NCBI GenBank assembly: GCA_002794465.1
Contig: MTSL01000174.1
Location: 4,602 to 36,601, forward strand
Length of the DNA: 32,000 bases
DNA from: Paramicrosporidium saccamoebae KSL3
Lineage: Eukaryota; Fungi; Cryptomycota
Reading direction: 5' to 3'
Of the stretch, positions 18,290 to 28,543 are shown piece by piece (position 1 is the stretch's first letter; every line of letters begins with the position of its first letter). A program made the position numbers and the translations under genes. Under the pieces are notes generated by a model. It had not been told where the DNA came from and made no database searches. It saw nothing but the letters and a program-made list of their open reading frames with translations.

Positions 18290-18776
18290 TATATAACGTT
18301 GTATTAGCAAGTATTTTCTAAAGGTCATTTCAGTGCCACTCTGGTCGTCTTGCTAGTATATGTTGTATTAGTGTCGCGCAGTGGGGACAATACCACGGAC
18401 CTTGTCAGGCAGGAAGGGACGAGATGGAACGAGAGGAGAATTTATTCAGTCAATCCAACGACCCATTTATAGTCTCACAAATAATGTAATAGCCCCCAAA
18501 TGATAAAGATCTCATTATCTTTCATCGATTGTCCTGATTATCTCTTCTCCAAACTAGGGAATCATTTCCAAATACTCGACTAATCAGTCCTCTATATCAC
18601 ATTAGCAACTCGTAGGAGTATGCTAAACCATAGGTGGGGCGTCAATCTTGTCTCACCTATTCCTCCTTCCACGTTCGGCCTTCCGCGTTTGGCCTACCAC
18701 GTATCACTCACTCAGCTAACTATTTCACATTTGATTCACCATTTATATAAAGTTGTATTAGCAAGTATTCTCTAAA
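18290..18776. repeat. Pair of 33-bp direct repeats (18290-18322 and 18744-18776) starting with TATATAA
   Basis: tatataacgttgtattagcaagtattttctaaa versus tatataaagttgtattagcaagtattctctaaa, 31/33 identical; partial third copy at 18357-18371. Confidence 0.9.
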
Positions 18777-18837
18777 AGATCAACCATGTGTCATGATGAT
18801 TGTCCCCGTTCGTATGTATTTTCGTCATGTTAAAAGA

Positions 18838-20706
18838 TCAATTCAGTGTCACTTTTGCAAATCCCTCGCGGAACGATTCCAAGCTGGAATGCTTTTGCAA
18901 TGCCTCTTGTAGTTCCGGTCGCACCTTCAAAACATTAACTTCCTTATCGGGACGGTAATGCATGAATGCCCAAAATTTTTCCAATCCATAGAGGAATCCC
19001 GCACGATAGTCGGCGAGGGCCAGTTGTTGGAAATCAATGTATATTTCGGAACGGAATTTGCGTTCCAGACCGTAACTGTAGAAGCGGAAGAGACATTCTA
19101 GGCCGTAGCGGTAGCCATATGTGGCGTCTTCAGTGGCCATGCCTCGGAATTCGTCATACATGCGACGGTTGAAATGGTCGCGGAGAAAGTGGGACCAGAA
19201 ACGGTACAGTGTGTTCATTTCATGGGAGCGCCCAATGCCAAGACGAAGCCGCTCGTTGATGGCGCGGTCATGGTAGCGTTTGTATTTGTGCATTTCAAAG
19301 CCATTCTCACGTAGCAGCTCGTGGGATGGATGCTCGGCAATCAAGACAGACCGAGTCTCCTCCACCGGTGCCAAGGCTGCGCTTCCTTCAATGGAGGCGG
19401 CCACCTGAGCCCGTCTTTGCATACGAATACGATCCCACACGGGATGGCGAGGGGCAGCACCCAACACCCATCCGACGGCATGGTCAAATTCTTCCTTAGC
19501 TGGAACAGCCGGAGCCGGCACGAATACGATAGATTTTTTCCGTGAGGGCAAAGCAGATTCCTTGAGGAATTCTTCGGCAACTGCAGTTTTGAGTTGTTCA
19601 AAGACTTCGCGACTGACTACTCCCACCTTTGGCTCAGCCTTGACAACCTCAGTCGCTTCTTGGAAATGATCCATTCCGTCATTGATAGCCTCGGAAATTT
19701 CCTGAGAGGAAATGTTCCTGTCATAGTGAATAATATTCCGCTCTCTAATGCGACGTCTTAATAGCTTATGTTGAGGAGCGAAAATGACAATGCTGTCAAC
19801 ATCATCGTCCTCCAGCTCGGACAAGTCAGAATCTCCCTTTTTCGCAACAGCAGCCGCCTTTAATTCGCGCAAATGTTCATAATCCTCTGCGTGGTGGCGG
19901 TCGGAATGCTCAACCGACATTGCTTCACGGGCAGCTTCCGGGATGACCCATTGTTGCCAATCTCCTTTCCTACGAATGCACGTCTCAACCACTTCCACAG
20001 TCTCGCTTCCAATCAGCGACTCCAACACAATGTATGGATCATTACATATGGACTTCATGCGATTAAACTGCAAAATCGACTCAATCTCCACCCAGCCCTC
20101 ATTGTCCATTTTCAGACGAAGATGCACATCACGACACAAATTTTCTACGCTCAAATAATATTCAAGCTGAGCCCGGGCAGCCAACATTGTTTGGAGACGG
20201 CTCACAGAGACAATACTTTTCTCGGGACGTGGAGTGACGGAGGAGGAGCGTGAGGGAGACTCCTTGGTGGGAGAATTCCTCTTGGATTTCCGGGGAGCGG
20301 CGCGACGACCCTTTGAAGAGGGACTCGCCATGGCCGAATTTGCAGACCTTCGCTCCTTTGAGGAAGAGCGACTAGAAAAGGCAACGGACGCTACTTCAGG
20401 GAGCACCTCTCCGAGTGGCACCCATTGCTTCCGATTCCTCTTTTCTTTAGCCTCGCCTGCATCATGTTGCTGCTCATCCGGCGTCTCGGCTACAATGACA
20501 ACGGGCTCCACTTTCATTATGGGCTTCCACGGTCCACAGGCCGGCGACTCGACCCGCGAAACGCGCTCCTGTAAATCCGGCGACTCGGCCCCCAAAGTGC
20601 ATTCTTGTAAATCCGGTGACTCGACACACGAAACGTTCTCCTGCGACTCGACACACGGAATGCTCTCCTGCGACTCTGAACTTTTCACCACCTCCAAGAT
20701 ACTCAT
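18838..20706 (-). CDS. LARP1: La-related protein 1 (La motif plus DM15 repeats)
   Basis: La motif [27 protein letters not shown] and DM15 region [12 protein letters not shown]...[25 protein letters not shown]...[15 protein letters not shown]...[12 protein letters not shown] 20706; 622 aa. Confidence 0.93.
   Translation of the reverse strand: MSILEVVKSSESQESIPCVESQENVSCVESPDLQECTLGAESPDLQERVSRVESPACGPWKPIMKVEPVVIVAETPDEQQHDAGEAKEKRNRKQWVPLGEVLPEVASVAFSSRSSSKERRSANSAMASPSSKGRRAAPRKSKRNSPTKESPSRSSSVTPRPEKSIVSVSRLQTMLAARAQLEYYLSVENLCRDVHLRLKMDNEGWVEIESILQFNRMKSICNDPYIVLESLIGSETVEVVETCIRRKGDWQQWVIPEAAREAMSVEHSDRHHAEDYEHLRELKAAAVAKKGDSDLSELEDDDVDSIVIFAPQHKLLRRRIRERNIIHYDRNISSQEISEAINDGMDHFQEATEVVKAEPKVGVVSREVFEQLKTAVAEEFLKESALPSRKKSIVFVPAPAVPAKEEFDHAVGWVLGAAPRHPVWDRIRMQRRAQVAASIEGSAALAPVEETRSVLIAEHPSHELLRENGFEMHKYKRYHDRAINERLRLGIGRSHEMNTLYRFWSHFLRDHFNRRMYDEFRGMATEDATYGYRYGLECLFRFYSYGLERKFRSEIYIDFQQLALADYRAGFLYGLEKFWAFMHYRPDKEVNVLKVRPELQEALQKHSSLESFREGFAKVTLN
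20543..20676. repeat. Coding minisatellite in the LARP1 N-terminus (36, 36, 27 and 27 nt units)
   Basis: GACTC anchors at 20546, 20582, 20618, 20645 and 20672, encoding [45 protein letters not shown]. Confidence 0.88.
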
Positions 20707-20785
20707 CTTTGTTGTCCCGGCACTTGGAACACGCACAAATGAAAACGCGCACCCTGGTCGGGTTTTTCTTGTTGACAATTAAGGC

Positions 20786-21994
20786 ATGAATGGGATAGCA
20801 GTCAATGGAGCGGCAGAATTGGCGCAGCTGCGAGAAGAACGACGCCATTTGCAGGGGGAGAGGGAGGTGCTGTTGAGGGAACATTACCCGTTGATCTTGG
20901 ACACTTTGTCGATAGCTGATGAATTGGCCAAGCGGGTGAGAGAATTGCGTACCACCCTGAACACCTTCACCGGGGAGACCCTCCCACAGTTGGAAGCCCT
21001 CACAACCTTTGACCATGTTGAAAATAACATTGTGAGGCCCCATCGCGAGCGAAGTGAACGACTGCGTCAAAACATGAAGGAGGAACAGAAGCAGAGACAG
21101 AAATTGCTAGTGGAACGTTCGATCCAGCTGCTGCAATCAAATGTGTCGTTGAGCACCTGTCTGAGAGTGGTAAGCACACTGAAACAGCAGCGAGAGTTTA
21201 TTGAAGAGCCGACAAAGTTAGAACGCGTCTTTTTGGATGCGAGGAGACGACACTTGACAGTGATCATTGAGGAGAGTGTCATTAAGAAGAAGGACTTGAT
21301 GGACAATATCAAGCTGTTTGAGGCACTGGTAAAGGCGATGAGGGAGCCAGTTCTGGATGTTGTGACCCAATACAGGGCGGCGTTCTCTGACCTTTATCCA
21401 CTGAGCCGGTTTCTTGTGGCGCGGATCGACTGGTTCCTAGTGTCCATTGAGGCGCTAATCAAGAATGCGCGCAACACGTTGGTTCTGGCCTCTTTTTGGA
21501 ACCAACTGGTCCTGCTGAATGCTGCCTATGTCGGCATCGGTGCCTCTTTTCTTCCACTGGTTGAGCCTGTCTTTGTCCAGCAGGCCATGCAACTGATCAA
21601 CGCCTCGGCGTCCGCCAGCTGGCAATACTTTCAGGCCAAGGGGACGGAGGTGTCCTTTCGACGGCCATCCAACAGTCTCAAAGTCCCAGCCTCTGCGGGA
21701 AAGGATATTATCCCACCCATGGAGATTACCGAGTTTCCATGGCTGGCTTTGATGATAAACTGTTTTGTCGATGTCTATGAGCAGATTCAGGTGTTTGCCA
21801 TCCCTCCCATGAAGAAGCCCATAAGCAGTGTGATAGATAAGCAATTGACTTTGTTCACCAACTACTTTGAGAATCGGTGCCGAAACGAGCCAGAGGAATC
21901 TGTGCTCGCCTTCAAGCAGTGTCTGGACACTGTTGCACGGCCCTTTGTCGAGGCGACCCTTGAAGGCTATTTTGCGGCCATCTCATCTGTATAA
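20786..21994 (+). CDS. COG8: Conserved oligomeric Golgi complex subunit 8 (Dor1-like), shortened
   Basis: LSTCLRVVSTL, VFLDARRRHL, VLDVVTQYRAAF, VGIGASF and PPMEITEFPWLA match COG8 blocks (LPACLRVI, FLQAR, FDIITQYRAIF, RVGADF, PPMVLLDFPPLA) as I recall them; 402 aa. Confidence 0.8.
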   Translation: MNGIAVNGAAELAQLREERRHLQGEREVLLREHYPLILDTLSIADELAKRVRELRTTLNTFTGETLPQLEALTTFDHVENNIVRPHRERSERLRQNMKEEQKQRQKLLVERSIQLLQSNVSLSTCLRVVSTLKQQREFIEEPTKLERVFLDARRRHLTVIIEESVIKKKDLMDNIKLFEALVKAMREPVLDVVTQYRAAFSDLYPLSRFLVARIDWFLVSIEALIKNARNTLVLASFWNQLVLLNAAYVGIGASFLPLVEPVFVQQAMQLINASASASWQYFQAKGTEVSFRRPSNSLKVPASAGKDIIPPMEITEFPWLALMINCFVDVYEQIQVFAIPPMKKPISSVIDKQLTLFTNYFENRCRNEPEESVLAFKQCLDTVARPFVEATLEGYFAAISSV

Positions 21995-22120
21995 ATTAAG
22001 CAACCAAATTTCCTTTTATGTAGCACATTAACCTCAAAACGGCGATAGCTCTGCCCCCAACCAATAATACGGTTGCATCTTTAGTGGCTGTCCAACAGAG
22101 CGGCACTGGGGACGACGATT

Positions 22121-23336
22121 ATGCTCGAGCAGCGCGAGCAGCAAGAAGAGGGGGTGACGGTGCCCTCCGCATCCACAACACTAAAGGAAGGATATCTCCG
22201 AAAACAGGCACATAATTTTGGACGTGACTGGGGACGAAGATACTTTGTGTTGTCCCCCACTCATCTCTCCTACTACCGCCATCATACTGTACCACAAAAG
22301 ACATTGTAATGTGTAGGATCCGACGCCACGATGCACCATTGAATTGATCTCGGCAAGTGTCAAGTCGGCGGTCGGGGAAAAGTATCAATTGCGACGCTTC
22401 CGACTGCTGACGCCGGCGCGGGAGTATTTATTGGAGGCGGAGAGTGAGGAGGATGCACAGGAATGGAGCAGCACAATACATGCGACAATCATTTCTGCCA
22501 TTATGGGTGGATCACAGCAGGTTCCAGAGGGATTAGGCGGACTGGTCTGCGGCGGACGGATGTTGGTGGAGATGATTACAGCAATTGACGGGAACAATGT
22601 CTGTGCAGACTGTGGGACGACTAATCCAACGTGGGTTTCCATCAACCTGGGGATTGTGCTGTGCATTGATTGTTCGGGGATTCACCGCAGTCTGGGCTGC
22701 CAGATATCCAAGGTGCGGTCGTTGGAATACGATACATTTATGCCCGAGACCATTGATGTAGTCAAGGCCCTGGGAAACCGCATTATCAATGCATTTTGGG
22801 GTGCCGAGCTGTCCAATCCGCCCAAGATGAACAGTTCTGCGGAGCGATGCACTTTTATTGAGGAAAAATATCTCCATCGCGTCTATACAGGCGACAAGAC
22901 CAGTCTGCGTCGGCTCTCTCCAGTGGCTACCTCCAGGACGCCGTTTACTTCCCCCGAACTCTCTCTATTCTCATCTGTCCAGACACCATATCTTCCCTCC
23001 ACAGCCGCGCTTCTCTTTCATCACGGCGTGTCGCCCCTCACCATTCACCATATAACCCGCACCAGCGCCTTGCATTGCGCGGCTGCTGCGAACCAGCTCC
23101 TCCAAGTGCATCTCTTGCTCCTGAATGGCGCAGAGGTAGTTGGACGAGATGGGGAGGGGAGGACGGCAGCCGAGGTAGCGTTGCGGTGTGGCAATGAAAA
23201 GGTTGCCGAACATTTGGTCAAGTTTATGGGGATGCAGGCGCGGGGATTGAAGCGGACAGGCTCTGTGCGGTCAGGCGGAATAATTCAATCCAATGCAGCT
23301 GTTGCGCAACGGATACGAAAAGGTTTGATGCAATGA
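22121..23336 (+). CDS. Arf GTPase-activating protein, PH-ArfGAP-ankyrin architecture (ACAP/centaurin-like, no BAR domain)
   Basis: PH domain (KEGYLRKQ...WGRRYFVL...YLLEAESEEDAQEW) across a 28-nt intron at 22289-22316; zinc finger CADC-x16-CIDC with SGIHRSLG; ankyrin repeat SALHCAA...GRTAAEVA; 395 aa. Confidence 0.92.
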
Positions 23337-23389
23337 TCCTCTGTATAGAAAGCCGTAGTATAATCATGTAGTAAGCATATAAAAAGCTC

Positions 23390-23480
23390 GAGTTAGGGTG
23401 TAGGTAGGGTGAGTTAGGGAGAGAGCAGGGTGAGTTGGGGGAGAGTGGGATGAGTTATGATGGGTTAGTTGAGTTATGGC
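23390..23480 (+). repeat. G-rich degenerate repeat of about 21 bp (GAGTTAGGG...), G-quadruplex-capable
   Basis: Units gagttagggtgtaggtagggt / gagttagggagagagcagggt / gagttgggggagagtgggat / gagttatgatgggttagtt. G3+ tracts start at 23396, 23407, 23417, 23428, 23437 and 23447. Confidence 0.85.
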
Positions 23481-23633
23481 GAGGGAGTTGAGTGAGTTGA
23501 GAATTAAAAGGTCAAATTATGGTGAGAGAGTTGAGAACTAAAGGGTCGAGTGAAAAAATAGATTACTGTTGATCTAACGAGAGAGTAAAATGAAAACCAC
23601 AACATTTGTAGTACTAGACCATACATGATATAT

Positions 23634-24719
23634 TCAAAATGTTTCTAAGGAGACGAACCGCTTAATTAGAGCATCAGAGTCTTGTCCCTCAGGACACACA
23701 TAGAACGGTAAAATGCCCCGCTCAATCTTTGTTACCAATTTCCCCAGCAACTCGCCTATATTTCGACTCTTTTTCACTTCCACCAGCCGTTCGTCATACC
23801 AAAATACTCTCAACTTTTTGATATTGCGGTATTTGCCTTGTACATCCCATTCCGGCGGCTCCGTAAACACCATTTGTAGTAGCTCTTCGATTGTGCTGCT
23901 CTCATCCACGGCCTGAAGAATGTCCGACTGTGCCACTGCGGGATACAGAAGGAGAACAGGCCATAATCGGCGTTTTGTGCGACGATCCCGGAGTACAGTG
24001 GGAAGATTTTTGGGAGATTCAAAGTTGTTGAGGATGGTGGAATCCACTCCAGCAACCACCTCCACCCCACAGGAGCCAATTATACTGCGGATGCGCTCTA
24101 ACTCGGCCTCTTGTGCTTTTCGTTGCAGCTCTTCTGCCGCCAGCTGTGCCTCCAAATGCTCCAACTCTTTCACTGTCTTTTCGTCAACCCGCACTTCCAG
24201 TTCAATTAATCTGCGATGGGAAATGCGTGCGACATCAACCTTTTGCAGGGCAACGGCAGCCTGGAATATCCTCCGATGAGCTTTGATTTCTGATGCAGCA
24301 TTGTCCAACTCCAGTGCCCTTTGGGCGTCACGGATGGCGTCCCCAAAGTTGCCCAGGCCCAAATTTGTTGCCGCCCGGTTGAGATGAAGAATGGCCTCCA
24401 ATGGCCCATCTTCACAACCACAGGCCAGTCCTCTTGTGTAGAATGTCCGCGCATCAACGTATCCAGACGGTCCCAGCTGGAAACATTCGTTTCCTTGGTT
24501 CTTAAAGTTAAGCGCCTGTTCATAGGGCGTTCCCTCATGTAGCATCGCCTGGATGGCCGTCAAGGGAATGTTGGCGTCGGCATCCTGTGGGAGGTCCTGC
24601 ATAAACAACGGAAACTCTTCTATCGGACGTGCATCAAGATCATTTATCTTGCTGCGCACCGCCTCGCGATCCATACCCGCAGCAAGCTCGTCCTGCCCCA
24701 GGTGTTCGTCGTCAGTCAT
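23634..24719 (-). CDS. CNS1: Hsp70/Hsp90 TPR co-chaperone CNS1/TTC4
   Basis: PLFM motif, EGTPYEQALNFKNQGNECF, LHLNRAATNLGLGNFGDAIRD TPRs, C-terminal WPVLLLYP...SD...DESST...PPEWD; 361 aa. Confidence 0.92.
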   Translation of the reverse strand: MTDDEHLGQDELAAGMDREAVRSKINDLDARPIEEFPLFMQDLPQDADANIPLTAIQAMLHEGTPYEQALNFKNQGNECFQLGPSGYVDARTFYTRGLACGCEDGPLEAILHLNRAATNLGLGNFGDAIRDAQRALELDNAASEIKAHRRIFQAAVALQKVDVARISHRRLIELEVRVDEKTVKELEHLEAQLAAEELQRKAQEAELERIRSIIGSCGVEVVAGVDSTILNNFESPKNLPTVLRDRRTKRRLWPVLLLYPAVAQSDILQAVDESSTIEELLQMVFTEPPEWDVQGKYRNIKKLRVFWYDERLVEVKKSRNIGELLGKLVTKIERGILPFYVCPEGQDSDALIKRFVSLETF

Positions 24720-24860
24720 GTCCCTACCCCGGAAAGGAGTCGATCGTTAAGACCCATTTCCAGCACAATTTAAACACATATCTAATACTATGACACTTTA
24801 CCGTTGCACTGTTAGCATGTTGTTGTAAACTGATTCATTGGAAAAGGATAATCTGGGATC

Positions 24861-24916
24861 GAGCTAATGAGTTAATGGGATAATGGGTTAACGGGCTGAC
24901 GAGTTGACGGGGTAGC
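24861..24916. repeat. 8-bp degenerate tandem repeat, 7 copies, upstream of ATG7
   Basis: gagctaat gagttaat gggataat gggttaac gggctgac gagttgac ggggtagc. Confidence 0.8.
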
Positions 24917-24931
24917 CGCGGTGCGATAGTA

Positions 24932-26843
24932 ATGGAGGGACAGTTGCGATTTGCACCATTCACAAGTGCCATTTCAGTGTCGTTTTGGACCTCGCTAGCA
25001 AGGAAAAAAATTAACGAATGGAAGTTGGATGATGGTGACTTGGCTATCTGGGGATACTACGAGGCTGGAGTACAGAACCGTTCGCCCCGTTTACACATTA
25101 CGGAAGAGTGTCTGGAAGGAGGACAGCTCAGTAGTTCCAAGTACATAGAACCCTGTGCTTATGTGTAGTCTGAGCGTGAGGATGAATGGAACGCTGAGAT
25201 TGTACAACACACTGGAAGATTTCAAAGACGTCGACAAGGCCCAAATAATGGCCAATGTCAAGACGCAAGTAACGGCCAATGCCCAAATCACGACCGATAG
25301 CGCACAGTCCCTCCTGGGGTTTGTGATGATTGCATTTGCAGACTTGAAAAAACACAAATACTACTACCACATTCTATATCCCGCCCTCTTTGATCCGCAT
25401 GCAGTTGCTACCTGCATTCGGGAGACAATACCGGGAAATGTCGATTTAAAGCAGATTCGGAGAACGGCAATGGAAAACCGTCGGCCATGGTTCCGTATGA
25501 CCACTGAAGAGTATTCAATGTTGGTATTTGTGGATCCAGGACCTCTTCTGGAGGGAGTGTTGGGATGGCCGGCACGGAACATGATTTGGACGGAATGTCG
25601 GGACAAAACCAAGGTGCTCTGTCTGGCCCAAACCTTGAATGACACTAAGATGTTTTCTATTCAACAGAAATGCGCAAGTGATTCTCCCCAGGTGACGGGA
25701 TGGGAAAAGAACGAAACAGGTGCAGTGGCTCCCACAATAGTGGATCTGGCACCGCTCATGGATCCGCGACGATTGGCCCAAGAGGCAGCAGATCTTAACA
25801 TCCGTTTGATCAAATGGCGTCTGCTCCCCGACCTAGATATTGACCGATTCAAAACGGCCAAAGTGCTGTTGTTTGGGGCTGGGACGTTGGGATGTAATGT
25901 CACGCGTCTGCTATTGGGCTGGGGAGTCCAGAACATTACGTTGGTGGACAATGGCCGCGTTTCCTTTTCCAATCCGCCACGCCAATCGCTCTTCCGCTTC
26001 GAGGATTGTGTAAATGGTGGGCGTCCCAAGGCAGAGACGGCGGCTCTGCGTGCCCTTGAAATTGATCCAAATGCAAAGGTGGTGGGTATTTCCACACATA
26101 TTCCAATGCCCGGACATGTGATCACTGATAAGGCGACAACTCGGAAGGACGTGGAAAAGATTATGAAATTGGTGGATGAACACGACATTCTCTTTCTCCT
26201 GACAGATTCGCGAGAGAGTCGATGGCTTCCGGCGGTCCTCGGCTCAGCTGCCAACAAGACGGTCATTACCATTGCCCTCGGTTTTGATTCATATGTGGCC
26301 ATGCGACACGGCTCCGGGGGTACTAAAGAACGATTGGGCTGCTACTTTTGTCACGACATTAATGCGCCAGGGGACTCGATGAAGAATCGCACGCTTGATC
26401 AGCAATGCACCGTCACTCGTCCGGGTATCTCGTATCTGGCGGCAGCAACCGGGGTGGAATTACTAGCGGCGATCCTGCAACATCCTCTAGGCAATGCGGC
26501 TCCAGCTACCATGACCCCCAATGCCACTGATGCACTTTCTGCCGATACATCATTGCTGGGGGTGATACCGCATCAAGTGCGGGGTTATCTGTCCCATTTC
26601 CAAAACATGCAGCTGATTGGAGAGGCATTTCAATATTGCACCGCCTGTTCGTCATCCATCCAACAAGCCATCCACACCGATGGATGTGATTTCCTTATGA
26701 AGGCTCTCGAAGATCCCTCCACTGCTGCTCTCATTAGTGGTGCCTCCTCCCTCCAAATAGATCCCATCGAAGCAGATCCGATTGACAACGAAAACGACAT
26801 CAATAACGAGAGTGATAATGGGAATGAGTTTTGTCTACTCTAA
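24932..26843 (+). CDS. ATG7: Ubiquitin-like modifier-activating enzyme ATG7
   Basis: N-terminal LRFAPF...FW...K...WKLD; 28-nt intron at 25141-25168; GTLRLYNTLEDFK, GWPARN, GAGTLGC, DNGRVSFSNPPRQSLF and LDQQCTVTRPG (catalytic Cys); 627 aa. Confidence 0.97.
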
Positions 26844-27015
26844 GCCATGTGTGAAAGATGAGAGGAGAGTGTATTCAAGAGTATCTGTGATTCAAAGTAT
26901 GCAAGTAAGAGTGTATTTAATAATATATCCAAGTGTACATTTGTAGACTTGTTAAACGAATCATGATAAGCGAAATCACGAAAGTCGAGTAACATTTACC
27001 CCACTTCATCCCCCC

Positions 27016-27060
27016 CACTCCACTCCACTCCACTCCACTCCACCCAACTCAACCCCACCC
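27016..27060. repeat. (CACTC)5 microsatellite plus C-rich flank
   Basis: Five perfect CACTC units at 27016-27040, then cacccaactcaaccccaccc; preceded by a C-run. Confidence 0.95.
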
Positions 27061-27094
27061 ATATCTAATATACTGATTTTTATCAACAATTTTA

Positions 27095-28543
27095 TCAGCG
27101 TCCACATCCAAACGACGTAGGTGAGGTCGTTGAATTACGGATGTAGGCATCTCGACAGCGGGCTGAGCACAATTCCACTACAAAAGGCACGGCCGGTTCG
27201 TCGGTGGTTTCCCGAAGATCGAGGAATCGTACGGGCGTCCGAAGATATACTCCCTGACACAACGTACATATCCGACCCGTCGTGCCTTCCCATAGCTCCA
27301 TGGCGTGCACCCGCAAATGTGGCGTCAATTGTTTAAAACTCGTTCGTCGCTCCCCTGGAAGACTTTGTCGTGCCAACAATTCCAAAGTGGCCGTGTGTAA
27401 CGACGGGAGAGCTACGCGTTTTGACAGACGTGCCACTACAAATTCGTTTCCAACGCACTTGAGATCACGTAATGACGGACTCAATAGGGCAATGGGCAAT
27501 GAAGCCAGCAGATTCTCCCGCAGGTCCACGCAGGCAAGATTCTTTGGCCTTTGCAGCGGATTCGCCCGGTTTGGAGGCGGCAGATCGGCGATCCGATTAC
27601 TGCGTATATTCAACAGCTCTAATGATGGCAATGCCAGCAGTCCCTCAGGTAGGGCAGTCAACTGATTCGCAGACAGATCAATCTTGGCGAGACTGTCCAT
27701 CGTGGCAAGCCAAGCTCCAACCTCGGTGATGCGATTATTAAAGGCTGTCAGCAGGGTTAGTTCTCTCATTCGACTCAGATCCGGAATGGCCTCCAGACGG
27801 TTGTGTGCCAGCCCCAACTCGCGCATAGCCGTCAGGTTGCCCAGCTCTTTCGGCAGCTCCGTCAGCTGATTATTGCTGACATTCAACCAGACTAAATTTG
27901 TCAGCTGCCCAATCTCAACTGGAAGACTGCTTAGGGCATTTCCACTCAAATCCAGCTTAGTCAGCGTCCGCATTCGGCCAATCTCTGGGGGTAGAGATGT
28001 GATCAGATTGTTAAAAACACCCAACTTGCGCAGCCGACGCAATCGCGTAAATGCCAACGGAAAGGTTGTCAATCGGCAATCGCTGGCCCCCAGAGACGCC
28101 AGCCGCGGCAAATCTCCCAATCGATCGCTAACATGGGCAATCCGATTATGCGTGAAATCCAGCCATACTAGCGCCTTGAGCTCGCCAATGCTATCGGGAA
28201 TGACACCAATCTGATTCGATCCCAGGCCCAATCGCTCCACCCGACCAAATCGTACCAGTTCCTCTGGGAATTCCCGCAGACAATTCTTGCTCAGACAAAT
28301 CTCCGTAACACCCTCCGTCGCTGCCAATGTCCACCATATGGGCAGCTGGGTCAAGTTCTGTCCTGCCAGTTGGATGCACGTCCCTTCCCTCCCCAGAACT
28401 AGCGCTGCAAGCATCTGCGTCCGCTGTTCCGGAGTGAGCGTCGTAGGCAATGCTGCTAGTAGTGCATCGGGGAAGAGGATGGGGAGCGTATGGGAGGGTG
28501 ACTTGGACATGGCTGTGCGCACGGTCGTTTGTGTGTTGCCCAT
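27095..28543 (-). CDS. Leucine-rich repeat protein with putative N-myristoylation site and Cys-rich C-terminal motif
   Basis: About 12-13 LxxLxLxxNxLxxLPxxIGxL repeats. Start at 28543 gives MGNTQT; an upstream in-frame ATG at 28573 is an alternative. C-terminal CxxC...LCSxxC. Confidence 0.85.
   Translation of the reverse strand: MGNTQTTVRTAMSKSPSHTLPILFPDALLAALPTTLTPEQRTQMLAALVLGREGTCIQLAGQNLTQLPIWWTLAATEGVTEICLSKNCLREFPEELVRFGRVERLGLGSNQIGVIPDSIGELKALVWLDFTHNRIAHVSDRLGDLPRLASLGASDCRLTTFPLAFTRLRRLRKLGVFNNLITSLPPEIGRMRTLTKLDLSGNALSSLPVEIGQLTNLVWLNVSNNQLTELPKELGNLTAMRELGLAHNRLEAIPDLSRMRELTLLTAFNNRITEVGAWLATMDSLAKIDLSANQLTALPEGLLALPSLELLNIRSNRIADLPPPNRANPLQRPKNLACVDLRENLLASLPIALLSPSLRDLKCVGNEFVVARLSKRVALPSLHTATLELLARQSLPGERRTSFKQLTPHLRVHAMELWEGTTGRICTLCQGVYLRTPVRFLDLRETTDEPAVPFVVELCSARCRDAYIRNSTTSPTSFGCGR

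Noticed and set aside
18395-18430. GTCAGGCAGGAAGGGACGAG as SRP RNA helix 8
   Set aside because: It lacks the conserved AGCAG strand, and the bases flanking GGAA do not pair.
23390-23450. TTAGGG words as an interstitial telomere
   Set aside because: Only two TTAGGG copies, not in 6-bp tandem register; they are part of a repeat of about 21 bp.
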